This document shows positions 38,141 to 52,128 of a stretch of 64,000 nt of DNA, one piece after another. This stretch comes from Camelus ferus (Eukaryota), in contig NC_045696.1 in NCBI RefSeq assembly GCF_009834535.1, forward strand, positions 31,126,001 through 31,190,000, written 5' to 3'. Below the pieces are notes generated by a model that was not told the DNA's origin, did not search any database, and saw only the letters and a program-made list of their open reading frames with translations. Position 1 is the first letter of the stretch. Each line of letters starts with the position of its first letter. The position numbers and the translations under genes are program-made.

Positions 38141-39971
38141 ATTTTCCATGTTATCAAGGAGTTTTAAAGATAATCATTTTAGTTCATCTATAGCTAAAAT
38201 TGTTTCAAATTTGCTTTTTTAAAACTTTTTTGTTAACACAACTCAAATTTCAATAAAGAAGGCCAGATGGACAACTATTATATTTTAGTCAATAACTTTT
38301 TAATCTCTCTGTTCTCCAAAAGAATGCAGTATCTCTTAAATCACAGTCACCTTGAAATAGAACCTGTAGTTTCCTATTTCATCTAAGATAAGGAATAGGG
38401 CTGTCATATATATCACCTTCAACCTGCCTTAGCGTAAAGGATAAAGGTTATATCCTCTTGGAAATGAAAATGTCAAATATCAAAGTTAGGTTCAATTATA
38501 TCTGAAAAGAGATTCTATAAATGGGCAATTTATAGTAGTGAAATTCACATAATAGAATTATAAACAGTTCTGGTTTTTAAATCACCACTGAAAAGGCATA
38601 TAATACTGTATAAATTTCAGAAGAATAACAGACAATACATAGAATTCAGGAATATGGGATCAATTTATTCAAGAGAATCATCATTGAAAATAAGTGGACA
38701 TGTTTCTCCTTCTTCAATTATACTTTTGATTAAAAACAAGTATAAAAATGACTGACTAGACAACAATTTGAATTTCAGATTAAGACCAAATCATCAGTCA
38801 TTGTTTATCTAAGGATTCTACAATCAACTGTAAGCATCTTTCTGTTTCAATATTGAGTTAAGATGTTAGGAAATTAATGAATTGTTTGTTCACCTCAATC
38901 ACGGGTCTCTTTTGCATCCTCAAATGGAGTCTTAGAAACTAAGGAGGTAGCTTCTGATGTCTGTGGGTGCTCAGTAATTTAGTTCCTTTGGCTTACTTGT
39001 CTTCTCAAAGCATTTGTGTGTTTAGAGTATCATCTTTCAATTAAAAGTTATTTTGATACTCAGAAACCCCTATATATTCAAATTAGCCAAAATAATTACC
39101 AAAACAAAATACAGAAGGAGATCTCTATAGAGTCCCTGGGTATTTCAATATTCGATGGAAATAAATAGAATGGATAGGGATATAGGAACTTTCCAAGTCA
39201 TGGATGCCACTGGCACAATGTGAACTGCTTAGAGTACCTGGGGTTTTGAACATCCCCCTGCCTGAGATTAGCCACAATTATGACTGTGCTGTTCAACATG
39301 GTGGTGGTTGTTTTCTTCCTTGATTTAACTGCTAATGGAGAAACCTTGTATTACTCACCATCTCAAACAATTCAACTCAATAAACACTTTATTGAACACA
39401 CACAATATCTCCAGATGTATAGTGAAGATTGAGAAAAAAGATTGATTAGGCTTCTCTAGAAGTTTTTCCTATAGCCAAGAAAGAGGCATATTAATATTAA
39501 TGATACTATATATAAAATAGTAAGATATTAACACACAATACTAATAACACAGATATATACAATATTAATAATGTAGTCAGCTTCTGAGTAGATGACAACA
39601 AAATTTTGAGTTACTGGGAAAAAACTCAACCCAAGATGGAGCAAAATAAAAAGAAACAAAAAAGTAAATAAGTGAAAAAAAAAAGTTGAGATGATAGTAT
39701 ATGCTTCATTTTTTCTGGCTTAATGTTATCTTCTAAATTAATATACAAACATATATTCGTCTCTGAAATACTTTTTTTCAAAATTCACTCAAACATTTAA
39801 TGCATTTGCAGGGAAATTAACTAGGATTAACTATTGCTGATTTCTAGTTGCAGCTTTCCAACGGAATAACCAAACAAGTCACTTGTGTTGATTATGATAT
39901 CCATAAATAATACTGCATAAAATGTATTACAAAACTATTTAAATACACTGCAGCTTCTGTAAGATGAGAAG

Positions 39972-40120
39972 GAGGGGAGAGTATAGCTCAAATGGTAGAA
40001 CACAGGCTTAGCATGCACAAGGTCCTAGGTTCAATCCCTAGTACCTCCTCTAAAAACAAAATAAATTATTAAATAAATAAATTACCTCCCCTCCCCACAA
40101 AAATTTTTTAAAAAAGAAAA
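39972..40120 (+). mobile_element. tRNA-derived SINE (camelid Vic-1-like)
   Basis: A box tagctcaaatgg, B box ggttcaatccc, attacctcccc tail motif, A-rich end; TSD aagatgagaag at 39961-39971 and 40121-40131. Confidence 0.92.
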
Positions 40121-42839
40121 AAGATGAGAAGAAAATAAATTTCCTAGAAAATATTTCTGAATCATTGATCATATACACTGATCAAGGAATGCTGAAGACC
40201 AACAGTGTTTTTTAAATGAACACAGTAGGTATCTACTTAAGAATGTTATCTTCACGTCTTTTTTTATTTCACAACTTAATGAACAATTAGACAATTTATT
40301 CTATTTTAAAGCACATTCATTACCAGGATTTCAAGCACAGCAAGAATAAAGAAAACTACTTACATTTGCTACTTGTTAACATATGTACTTTTTTTCCTTA
40401 TAACAATCCTATTTCCCCAACTAGCATTATGTTATGAGACTGGACAGCTTAATATTAAGACAAATTCCCATTGGATTCCTCACGCTAGTAACTGGGACTA
40501 ATTCTTTGCCAAAGATCAGAAGAGTATTAATTATTTGGCACAAATGGCTAAACTAGAGGGTTTGGATATTCAGAGATGTCCTGGAAATTAACCCCTGAAA
40601 GCATTCCAGGAGCTTCAGTAAGATGATTTTCTATCAGAAAATAACCTTAGACATTGAGTACATCAATAATCATTCATACAAAGTATACAAGTAAAATTTT
40701 TCCACTATAGGGTTACTCAAACTGGTCTACAGAGGAGCAGGCCACTTGTGCATTCTACAAATTAAGTTATAAACTATCAACCTCAAGTGTTCACTGTATT
40801 CAGAAAAAGCGTGATGTATAACTCACTTCAGACCCTTTAAATAACTCATCTGTTGCCTTGGAAATAAAGCTGGACTAATTCCCTGGGCATCTCAATTGAC
40901 CATGATCCTGGCGATCTGGAAGAATTATCATTTGAACTTAACAAAACATATACATCTTTTCTTCAGTGAGTGTTTGTTGTTCTCCATAATTATCATTGTT
41001 GAAAATGTCTATCTCAAAATATATCTCACAAAATCCTATTTTACTTTAGTTATATAATAATTTGAGACATATAACTTATAAAGTAATTTTTATAGTTTGA
41101 AATCACTTTCCCAGTATTTCATTAATAGCAGAAACTTCTCAGTCATAAAGAAGGCAAAATTATATATTGAAAATTTTCAATCACTAGAGCAATGAAAGAA
41201 ATGTTAACTCAACACAAATTAGAGTTTGCGTACTTTTAACGAAGGTCACAGGTATTTTAGAGTATTATTTAAGTATAAAGGTCAACATACAAATATAGAT
41301 TTGTTTATTTCCCAGAATATGTGCATTTGAATAAATACTTTCCAATAAAAATAAGTTGTCATTCAAGTGGTTGATAACTGAATTTATATTTTACTAAAAA
41401 TAACTCAATAAAGGAAGGAGGTAAAGTAAAACAAAAATGTAGCAAATCAAAAAAATCATGAAGCAATATTTGAATTACGTTTTAACCTATCAGATTGATT
41501 TCTCCTTGTAAATTGTTTTTATTATTTTACTAATTATTTAGACTCCTCCACAAAATATGCATCTAATAATATATTCATCTATAAAACATTATAATCTTCA
41601 ATACATTGCAGGAAAATTTATTGGACTAAGACTAAATACCAGTAGATTCTAGTTCAAGTCTTTCAGTTAAACGACTAAACAAGACATTGGATGTGTATCT
41701 GTTTAGAATACTCAATAAAATGTCTCACACGTTTAAACATTCCAGTTTAAAATTAGGAATCAGCTACATGGCAGCAAAAAAACCTTCCTAAATATTTAAT
41801 ATATACTTTTTTTTCATATATACCTATTAGTACTTGGACCCTAAAAAACTTTTATTAATCTGTAGGCATACTCCTAGCCTTCAAGTAAATTGTGAAGCCC
41901 TGGGGAAGGAATACCCGGCAGATGGCTAAGCAAACATAGCACTCAGATAGTTGAGTTGTTCCTTTACATTGCCATCTGCCATGTAATTGTCTCAGAGATT
42001 GAAATCTTTCAACTATAAAATGTTCTGCCAAGATTTCACAATGCCCATCAACCCAACTAACAGGTAAGAAGAATTCTGCAATCGATGAAAAGTCTCTAAA
42101 ATATTTAATATAAATTTTCTGGAAAAATTATTAATATATTTAAAATTTTAAATGTGTCACTATGTCAAGCTTTAGTAGAAGATCTACATTTACATTTACA
42201 TAGCCATCTGCTATCATTTGCATAGTCGTATCTCTTGGGTTGCAAAAACTTACTGCACAAAGATCACAGTGTTTGTCAGTACACATGCACACCTGTCAAT
42301 CAGGTCTGGCTTCTAAATATCCAGAAAACAAAGACAGGGGAGAGGAGAAAACAACTACGTTGTCGCAATATATCAAAAGTGATTGACAATTCCAGCCAAC
42401 GGTAAAACAGTATTTTAGATCCCTTATTACGCAGGTTTTTTTTTAAAGACACAACTGTTCCTAATATTTGTTTCTACATCTTTTAAATGGGGAGAAAAAG
42501 TACATTTCTTTTAGTGTGAATTAAGTATTAAAAATAATTGATTGTTATGCAAATTGATTGTTATAAAAATGTTATAAAAGTGTTTTTAGTATCTATTGCA
42601 CCATCCACTCAATAGACATATAATTCTATTTTCCTATAATGCAAGTTTAAATGTAAACATATGTGTTTGTTTACTCTGTGGAAGTAATCCAGGATATGAT
42701 TCTGATGGTTCTAAAACTTCAAATTCCTAAGCAACAGCACCATATTTAAATGTGAGTGTATAAAAATGCAAACACTGTCCAGTAATTATTTAATATTTGT
42801 TTCCTGGGAATCTAAATACTATAAGGATAAAGAAGGATT

Positions 42840-44230
42840 TTCAATGAAAATTACAAGATAGTTTGAACTGGAGTAATGTAGCTAATGGAGTATTCATAAG
42901 TAAACTTAGAGCTTTGATACCTGTATTAGGAATAAGAATAGGCAGAAAAATCAATATAAAAAGCTAAAATGAAATAGCACATTAAAATCAAAGGAGGTAG
43001 GAAGAAGAAAAGTAAACCTATAAGAAAAAGCTCAGAAATAAAAAAATTTGTTCTTAAAAAAGTTAATAAAATAATAAAGCCCTAGAAGAGTGCTCAAGTC
43101 AAAAACAACAACAATAACAACATAAACTGTCAATATCAGGAATGAAAAAAAAAAGCCATCAAAGTAAAAGTCTTGCGTTAAAAGACGGTAAGAATATCTA
43201 ATAAGCAACTCCGTCCAATAAATTTCACACAAAAAGATCCAAGTCCTTAGAAATCCAACTTTTCAAAATAGCATATAAAGAAACAGATGAGCTAAGTTGT
43301 TACATATCTTTTGTAATATTTTTATGTACATTTAAAAACTTTCTGCAAGGCAATTACAGGCCCAGAAGGTTCAATTTTTTCCCTAACATCTGAGGACTAA
43401 ATAAGATCAATTTTACACAATCTCTTCTAGATAATAAATAAAAAGAAAGTAGCTTTCCCCTCATTTTATGAGGCAAGGCAAAATCCAGGCCTTATAAAAC
43501 AAACTTGAAAAAGAGCATTATGAAAAGTAAAGTTATAGGACAACATCTCCCATCAACTAGTCACAAAAATACAAAAGAAAGTAATTAAAAAATCAAATCA
43601 GACATAGAGAATAACAATAAAATTAATCAAGGCAGTAAATTCCATCAATAGACAAATGAACATTTATGCACATTTTAATAGAGGCAGAAGAAATAGTTGA
43701 CCAAAGTAAACACATGTTCATAAAATAAATTACAAAAATATAGGAATGGAATGGTATATCCTTAATTTAATAAAGAGAATAAATATAAAAGTAGCCCACA
43801 GCAAATTTATACTTAGTTGTGAAATACGGAACCCTCTCCCCCTGAATTCACGAACAAGACAAGATGTTATCATTACTTCTATTCAAATTACACTGTCATG
43901 AAAGCAAGAAAAAAAATGTACAAAAACTGAAAAAGAAGAATGAGTATTTAAGGTTTCATTATAAGTGACATGATAGTGAAATAAAATAATTCAAAAGAAT
44001 CTATAAAATTTTAAAATTAATGTCAATTTAACTAAGTACTGGGCAATATACAAAAACATCTGTCTCTATATTAAGAGCTAATAATTAGAAAGGTTTCATT
44101 AGCTTAAAAAACTAACAAAGATATGCTGGGTCTCTACATTAAAGCTGTATAGTGGAAAAACATTAAGGAAGATCTACAGAAAAGGAAAGATGTTGGATTT
44201 ATTTATTTGTGGTTGGAAGTTTAAAAATCT
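42840..44230 (+). mobile_element. Old LINE-1 (L1M) ORF2 fossil
   Basis: caggcccagaagg, ctcattttatgaggcaag, aatagaggcagaagaaatagttgac, cccacagcaaatttatact, gaacaagacaagatg..acttctattcaa are RT-region remnants. Confidence 0.8.
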
Positions 44231-44231
44231 T

Positions 44232-44468
44232 TATTCATCAGGGTTCTGCAGAGAAATAGAACCAATGAGATATATATTTTTATATATTATATGTAATTTG
44301 AGAAAAAAGGAGAGAGAGAGGGAAAGAGACAGAGGAAGTTTAAAGCAATTGACTCATATGATTGTGGGGATTGGCAAGTCTGAAATCTGCAGAGCAGGTC
44401 GGTAGGCTAGAGACCTGAGGAAGAGCTGATGTCACAGATCACATCTGATGGCAGAGAATTCCCTCTTA
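44232..44468 (-). mobile_element. MLT2 (ERVL) LTR fragment
   Basis: cagggttctgcagagaaatagaaccaat..(GA)n..aattgactcatatgattgtgg..ggcaagtctgaaatctgcag. Confidence 0.8.
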
Positions 44469-44669
44469 GAAGATGTGATTAGGAGTGTCTAGTGGTAGTA
44501 TTTTGCATTTTTCTATTGCACACGACACCAAGGACTATCAGTGCTCTCCTTAATACTGGAAATAGTATTATATCAAACCAGATTAGAGAATCAATTCCAG
44601 AAACCCCAGAATCAAATCAGAAAATGTATCCTAAGACTCATCTCATCTCAGATTGTTATGCAGAGTCAG

Positions 44670-44865
44670 TATAAGTCCAAGTAGAATCTCAGGATGTTTT
44701 TTTTAAGAAATGAAAATGTTGATTCTAAAACTTAGGTGGAAAATGCAAAAGACCCATCATAGCTTAAACAGTCTTAAGAACAAATGTGAAAAATCATGGT
44801 ATTAGAGATCAATACATAATATAAAGATACAGCAATTAAGACAATGTATTTTTGGCCTAATATAA
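44670..44865 (+). mobile_element. L1M ORF2 fragment
   Basis: gattctaaaacttaggtggaaaatgcaaaagaccc...tataaagatacagcaattaagacaatg (ILKFIW...YKATVIKT-like). Confidence 0.7.
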
Positions 44866-44884
44866 AGAAGCATGTATACAGTGT

Positions 44885-45310
44885 GTATTCTGGATGTGAG
44901 TTTTGGTTGGCTATTATTATAAATACCTTCTCCCAGTGTACTGCTTATAGTTTCACTCTTAATCGTATCTTTTGATCAACAGAATTCCACAACTGTAATA
45001 AACGTCAATGAATCAATCTCTTATTTTGTGGTTAAGTGATTTTTGTGTCCTGTTGAAGACACAAGTCATACAGATATTCTACTTTCCTTTCTGTTAGCTT
45101 TATTATCTTAATATTTACAATAGATCTATCAGTAATTTCAACTATTTATTTGCATTAATTTGCACGTGAAATTTAATGTAGGGGTCATGTGTTTTTGTGT
45201 TTTTTTTAATATACACACACATATACATACATTCAAATGATACAGCATCACATATTTCAAGGGCAATACTTTTCCACTGAATTGCGGTGGTATCTGTGCC
45301 ACAAATTAGG
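44885..45310 (-). mobile_element. L1M ORF2 fragment, opposite orientation
   Basis: tattctggat, ttctcccagt, tttcactcttaat..tcttttgat, tttccactgaattgc. Confidence 0.7.
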
Positions 45311-45834
45311 CAATACTGATGAGCAGACTTCAGGTTGTGTTGAGAAATAAAAGGCTAAATAAGGAACTCCTGAACCCTAGGATACTAGCAAACAGTGGAA
45401 ATGTTGACCCTTTTGAGGAATATTGATGAATTATTTTTGGAAGTTGTCATTAGATATATATGTGAGCTTAAGGGTAAAAGACTAGATGAGGATTGAAGAG
45501 GTTGTTTGATTCAGTTTGTCTTCACTTACTTACCTTTATATCTATCCTACTTTGCATGATTTCTTCCTCCAGACTCTGTACTCAATTTTCTGGACTATCA
45601 GAATTATAATATTCACAACTGGAAATTTCAAAAATATATTTGATCACATCTCTAAATTATAAAAAATGAGTTTTATTAATTAAAGTTCAAATGCATTTTG
45701 TAATGTTTACATTTTTAAAATGGAATGTTTTCTCTTGATTCAGAGGTATCATTAAAAATATTTTACTAAGAAAACTTAAGATCTACTTGGCTTTTGAGAT
45801 GCTTTATTTTAACACATTTTTATTCCAGTAAAGT

Positions 45835-46180
45835 TTTTCTTTTTTTAAGCAGTTTTAGGCTTACAACAAACAAAACTGAGAGAGAGGTACAGAAATTTCC
45901 CATATACTTCCTGCCCCTGTACATACGTAACTTCCTCCTTCATTGGCATCACTCAACAGAATTAGTAGGTTTTTTTTCTTTTTTTTTAAACCAAGGATGA
46001 ACCTACATTGGCACATCATAATCACTCAATGTCCATAGTTTACCTTAGAGTTCACTCTTAGTGTTGTACATTCTATAGGTTTGGACAAATGTATAACAAC
46101 ATACATCCATCCCTCATGCAGAGTGTGTTCACTGCCCTAAAAATCCTCTGTGTACTGCTGGTTTATCCCTCCTTTCCCTT
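45835..46180 (-). mobile_element. L1MC-type 3' end
   Basis: ggtacagaaatttcccatatac, gatgaacctacattggcacatcataatcac, gttcactcttagtgttgtacattctat. Confidence 0.85.
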
Positions 46181-46799
46181 GTAATACTTCTAAAAGTCCT
46201 TTATTGTTCTTTATTTATTTTCTTCATTTTCCTTATTAAAATGGCTTTTTTAAAATCACTTCAATATGCTTTACTACTACTACTAAGGGCTAAAGTAATA
46301 ATATCAATGCTTTGTTCTTTATTCTGAAAATGTACATAAAGTTTTTATACTATGAGTCCAAATATTCCTCAGATAGCCTACACATTTTATTAAATATATT
46401 AGAGTATTTCAAACTATTGTTTACCTTTTCTTAGTTATTTATGTAAATATTTTTGCTACATTATTAGAATTTTTAAAATTTTATAATTGTTGCAAATTCT
46501 ATTTCATTTATTTGATATTTATTCTTAAAATTAGAACACTATAGAGTATAATGAAATTTTCAACATTTTGCATTTTAAGAAAAATAAAGATTTTAATTAA
46601 ACTGAAACAAGAAAATACGATTTTGGAATGCATACATTTAAATATTAATTTTGTTAATGAACATATAATGAAATTATAAAGAAGTTTTACTGTAAAATCT
46701 AATGTTCAGTGTTAAATTACTTACAACTGAAGAAAAAGGAAAAGAAATCAAGTGCCCGTAAAACAAGCTGAAGCAACAGTGTTACAATAAAATTTTTAA

Positions 46800-47450
46800 A
46801 AATATGCTATGGAGAAACCTAAAAGAGATTATTATAACTGGGTTAGAAAAAATGTTTAGGAGATGATATACTAGGATTAAACAGATAATGAGTATTTGGA
46901 AAGGGATTTCATAGAAGAGGAAAATGGAAAGGTATAAAAGTTTTTAAACAATGAAGAATAAAGAGAAAAAAATCAGTTTGACTTAGGTCACAATGGAAGG
47001 TAAAACTGGATCCATAGTATGTGGCCATCTGGGAATGGGGATTGAGGTGTGTTTGGTCCAACTTTTAAAACTTGAAACAAATTCAGTGAGCAACACAGTA
47101 CTGGTACATACATTTAAATGAAGAAAAAATATAATCAGAAATCTACATTAAAAGCAAAAAATTAGCAGTGTTGAGAATGACATATTGAAGAAAGGAGAGA
47201 AAAGATACCAGGAAAAAAGTAGAAAGCTGTACCATCCCTATTGTGGTGAGACACAAGGAAATCTAAATCAGGGATGACAAAGAGAATGGGTAGAATTTAT
47301 TGATCAGTTTGAGAAATATTACTTTTGAAGAACTTTCAATTTTTAAGACTGTGTGAGTTTAGATAACGAGCAAAAAATATGAGTCAAAAATGTCTCCTAC
47401 ATTTGGAGACTTTCTGATTAGGATAATGGTAGTGTATTTTATAGGGAGTC
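46800..47450 (-). mobile_element. Degenerate L2 fragment
   Basis: Purine-rich, L2-antisense-like motifs such as gagtcaaaaatgtctcc and ggataatggtagtg. Confidence 0.45.
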
Positions 47451-47599
47451 TAATTAGGCAGCTTCCCAGTTGAAGTAGGCGAAACTATTATTATCCTACA
47501 CTACTTAGCTATTTTAATTATTACTGTTACAATTTCTGAATACTGCACTAAAAAGTGAATATAAAATGCATTAAATATTGGTATCCTTTTACATATATG

Positions 47600-48300
47600 A
47601 TTGTAAAAAAATAAAGAATGCATGGATGGCATAGGTGATGTGGAAAAATAGTAATTGTAAAGATAACAAAAATAAGCCCTCCTCTCATTCTAACAATCAA
47701 AATAAATCCTATGATTAAAATTTAATTGCAGTGTGAAATTAAACTTAAAACCACTACAGAAAACTGTAATAAAAGAAATGGCATTTGACATATTATGCTT
47801 CAATATGGACATGAAAATATTTTGTAGTTAAAAGCAAACAAATCAAATCTTCTCTTCATGTTATGCATCAAAATATATTTAAAGTAAAGTATAAAGTTAA
47901 ATTTTAGAAAACCTGAACTTTGGGTATGAGCTGTGGATATTTAAATGCATGGGATACATAACAAAGAATAAGAGTTATAAATAGATGCAACTGCATATAA
48001 TGTAATTTTCTAAATATTGAAAATTTAATTACAATATAGTCAATAAACTAAAATTATTTTAATCAAACTATGATAAAAGGTTACTATTTTTAATGTACTG
48101 GGCACATACAAATATATGGAAAAACTTTTTGGCAAAAGATACAGACTATTCACAAATGCAATACAGATATGCAATAATATTTGAAATATTTCCAAAATAC
48201 TAAAAAATGAGTAATGCAAGTTTTCTCATTAGGAAAATTTCTGCAACTTATATTTAAAACGTACATATTGCAAAAAATAGACGTTCTTATGCTCTTTTGT
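47600..48300 (+). mobile_element. Very degenerate L1M ORF2 3' fragment
   Basis: cttcatgttatgcatcaaaatatatt, tgataaaaggttacta, ggcaaaagatacagactattcacaaa. Confidence 0.5.
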
Positions 48301-48430
48301 CAGAAGAAAACATTTCATAAAATAATACTTATTTTATGATAAAAATTATGCATTTCCTAATTTCCAGTAAGTTTTTATAGTATATATCTTGAATATTAAA
48401 AAATATCTTAAGTATACACTTAAAATTTTA

Positions 48431-48605
48431 TTTTTTTAATTTTTAAAATTTATTCATTACTGTATTATTTTATTATCACTTGTTTTTTGACAGGGGGAGG
48501 TAAATAGGTTTTATTATTTATTTTCAGAGGAGGTACTGGGGATTGAACCTAGGACCTCATGCATGCTAAGCATGCACTCTATCACTTGAGCTATACCCTC
48601 CCCCA
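48431..48605 (-). mobile_element. tRNA-derived SINE (camelid Vic-1-like)
   Basis: Reverse complement of ggggagggtatagctcaagtgatagagtgcatgcttagcatgcatgaggtcctaggttcaatccccagtacctcc; TSD acactta(a/c)aatttta at 48416-48430 and 48606-48620. Confidence 0.92.
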
Positions 48606-49825
48606 ACACTTACAATTTTAAGTGAAGAATATTTTGCTTAGAGAATGCTTTCTGCCAACCAAAAATACATACTTACAGGAAAATTAAGAGAGATGGAAAC
48701 TTTAAAATGTCGTATCTAAGTACTGGCATTATGGGTAAATTATATTATATCTTGCTGTTATTGTATTTATTGTGTTGTTCATTACCAGATTAACTAAGCA
48801 CAGTATACCAGTTTGTCAGCTATTTTTTGTATACCATTTCATTTGATTTTCATTAATTCCATGCCTGATACATATATCATTCTGTTTTTCAAATGAGGAA
48901 CAGAAGGATTGAAGATTTTAATGACACTATCTAGCTTCAAAATCTGTGTTTTTTCTATTCTTTGTCTCTGGAACTTTCCTCTTTCCTTTATTTATGAGAT
49001 ATTCCTTATTGGTTTTATTGAAATACATAGCTGTTTATTGAATATCATACACCTACCATGTTTCTCAAATGATCTGAGACTCTCAGCATATAGCAGTAAA
49101 CAAAGAGACAGAAATTGATGAATACAAAATGAATAAAAAGCCAGTTGAAAATGGAAATAAATGGAAGGGACTCAGTGAGGAAGACAAATGTGTGTAATGA
49201 AGATGATGATAAAGATCTGTGAAAATGAGTATGTAAAATAGTAAGACTTTGAAGAAATAAACAATGGGTCATTTCTCAATAATGAATTGTTATAGCTCTC
49301 TTTTGACTTACGTCTACATTCTTTCATTGATGAAAAACAGCAGGATTATAATTGATCATTTCTTTGGTGTCTCTCTGGGATAGAGCAGACACTAAACCAA
49401 CTGAATTCAAATATTTCTATTTCATTGATGCTGTAAGCAAATTTTATCATGTTCCATCAATGAAAAGCTTTCCACTGTGATAAAAAATTTTAATGAAGGA
49501 GCCCTCTCTACAAAGAGCTAATACTAAATAAGGTGGAGTTTTCAAGAGCAAAAAGAGCGGGGGAAAGTGTGATTAAAAAAAGGCAGAGAGAGGGAGGAAG
49601 AGAAAGGATTGTTTACCTGCTGAGCACACTTAAATAAAATCATGGTCAAATAGATTAAAAAAAAATAGTATACCTACAAACCTGAGCTCCTGTGGAACAT
49701 GACACTGCACTGTTCAGACCCACGGTGATCACTGCTGCAGTGTAAATAAATCTAAACCATTAAAATCTTACTTGTATTCAATTTTGCTTGAGATGTGTCT
49801 TTGTGGAGGAAAAAAACACAAGATA

Positions 49826-49925
49826 GGGGTGGTGTAGCTAGGTGGTAGAGTGCGTACTCAGGCATGCTGAAGGTCCTGGGTACAATCCCCAGCACCTCCA
49901 TTAAAACATGTGCGCGCCTGTGCAC
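49826..49925 (+). mobile_element. tRNA-derived SINE, short variant
   Basis: ggggtggtgtagctaggtggtagagtgcg...ggtcctgggtacaatccccagcacctccattaaaa; imperfect TSD acacaagatag/acacaggtag. Confidence 0.85.
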
Positions 49926-51126
49926 ACACAGGTAGGTAAGTTCCTTAACTACCTAATGGCAGTCTAAATGACATTGTGCCACTAAGCACAAGTGCCCTCA
50001 GATTTCTGCAGATGTTACAGGAATGTTCAAACCCATAGCAAGAGGTCTGTATCAAGTGATAACAGCAAAAAAAAACCAACCAAACAAAAAAAAAAAAACA
50101 AAAAAACCTACCAAAATACAAAGACTTTGATGAATATAGTTCCAGAAATTGAACTTAGACTAACATATGTCAACCAGTAAAAATTGCTTTGATTAATTCA
50201 CATCATGGACAGACTCCTAAAAACCTTCTGATCTAAAATCAATCACTTTGTCTACAGGGATGGGACACAAAATTCAAACAGGTGAAAAGATTGGGGTAAG
50301 AAATTTTAAAACTCAACATGGACCCACATTTATGTTAACTCTATGGTTTCCAAGGCTTAGAATTCTGATCCAATTCCTAGCCCAGGCCTCAGACTACCCT
50401 CTTTACACACAGTCCTGCTTTACTTTGAGCCAATCAAAACACCGCTTCATTTATGTTCTACTTAGACTCCCCCTTTCTCCCAAGGCCAAAGCCCTGTTTC
50501 TTCCTTTGTTTGGTGAGAGGCTGTAATTTTGCTTGTCTCTCTCCCTTGTCCCAGCAAGAATTCAATCCAATTTTTAAGAATGGGTTGATTTATGATTTGA
50601 AAATTTGGAGTCCACATAGATTTTAACTTGGAAATCTTTGCCCAGTAGAAGCTTAGAACTTCCTCTATGAACAACAGATAATCTCTTCTCAGAGCCTTGT
50701 ATATTCATGGTCCAACTTCACATCAATGAGTAATTTCAAGGTAATGTGAATACTAATCAATATTTACATCTCCAAATACTAAATGTAGCAGAATTAATTT
50801 TGTTTGCTGAGAATTCAAAAAGACATTTCTGAGATTATTTCTCTGATTTGGCTCTTTAGGGAGATCAATAGATGAGCCTCTGCTTTACTAACCGTGACTG
50901 CCTAAAAGAGAGACCACTAATGTGATTAACATAGGAAATCTTTGTTTCCACATTTCAGTGGTTAATATAGTTAGAGTTATTTGTATGGCTTTGATAGAAT
51001 TGTCAAGAGCCTAAGACACTTTTAACAAGTGCCACTAGAAACTGGCAATGGTGACTCTCCCAATTTTGTGTGACACAAATTTTTTTCTGCATCTAAGCTT
51101 CCACCCCTTCTTGAAAAATCTTCTCC

Positions 51127-51310
51127 CCTACAAAACATTATAGTTTAGCCTTGCCCACCTTAAATGTGCTCAGAGAACACTGACATGAGTCTATAGTTGG
51201 GCAAAGTCATCTAACACAAAGCCTATTTTATACAAAGTGTTGAATGTCTCATGTCATTTATTAAGTACTGTACTGAGAGTGAAAAAGAATGGTTGTATGA
51301 GTACAGAATG
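51127..51310 (+). mobile_element. MER47-like Tigger DNA transposon fragment
   Basis: accttaaatgtgctcag..agttgggcaaagtcatctaacacaaagcctattttata..gtactgagagtgaaaaagaatggttgtatg. Confidence 0.8.
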
Positions 51311-51967
51311 TATGTAAGAGTATACATGCCAAATATTTTCAAAATATCTTCTTTGATGATACTACATTTTATCTCCAAATTTAAGTGAATACTTTTCTAA
51401 TTAATGTGTCATTAAAAACATCTCTTTAGAGTGTTGCAAAGAAAATGGTGCTTAGAAGTTACCTTTTAATTAAAGTTATGAGAAATAGAAAACACCTATC
51501 TAGTGAGAAAGATTTTTTTTAATGGTGGTTCACAAACTTACATAACTGAATAAAAATTTTCTCTAACCTTTCTTGCATTTCTAAAAATAGGTTTTAAAAC
51601 AGTCTGTCAAGGAACACGTTGATTCCCTGTGCTTTAATATACAGTAGCTTACAGTGAGGAGGAGAGTAAATCCCTCCGATACGTTCTGTGGTGATGAGTC
51701 AGTGCTTCATTATCACTTCATGAAGCTGAAATTTGTGTAAATATATGATAATGACTGGAAATATCTTTCGTTGTGGAACACTGGAATAGTATGGTGTACA
51801 GCTCCTGAGAAATATTTTCTTATGTACTTATATATTCAGATAGCTTTTTTAGAATGTCATCATATTGCAAATCTTTTCAAGAACAGATATTTAAGATGTA
51901 AGAGTAGGATGTACTATATGCTAGAACTCAGTATATGTATAGCATAAGCACTCAGAAAATATTATTA

Positions 51968-52128
51968 CAATGTAAGTTCATGAATTGTAACAAATGAACC
52001 ACTCGGGTGGGGAATGTGGATATCAGAGAAAGTTATGCATGTGTGGAGGCAGAGGGCATATGGGAAATCTCAGTACCTTCTGCTCAGTTTTGCTGTGAAA
52101 TTAAAACTGCTCTGCAACATAAGTCTAA
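51968..52128 (+). mobile_element. L1MC-type 3' end
   Basis: aattgtaacaaatgaaccactc..tatgggaaatctcagtaccttctgctcagttttgctgtgaa..aaaactgctct. Confidence 0.85.

Noticed and set aside
39974..40047. tRNA gene (also 48532-48604 and 49826-49900)
   Set aside because: A-rich tails, TSDs and imperfect stems identify these as SINE heads
50330..50620. Possible degenerate LTR
   Set aside because: No termini, TSD or family motifs I can support
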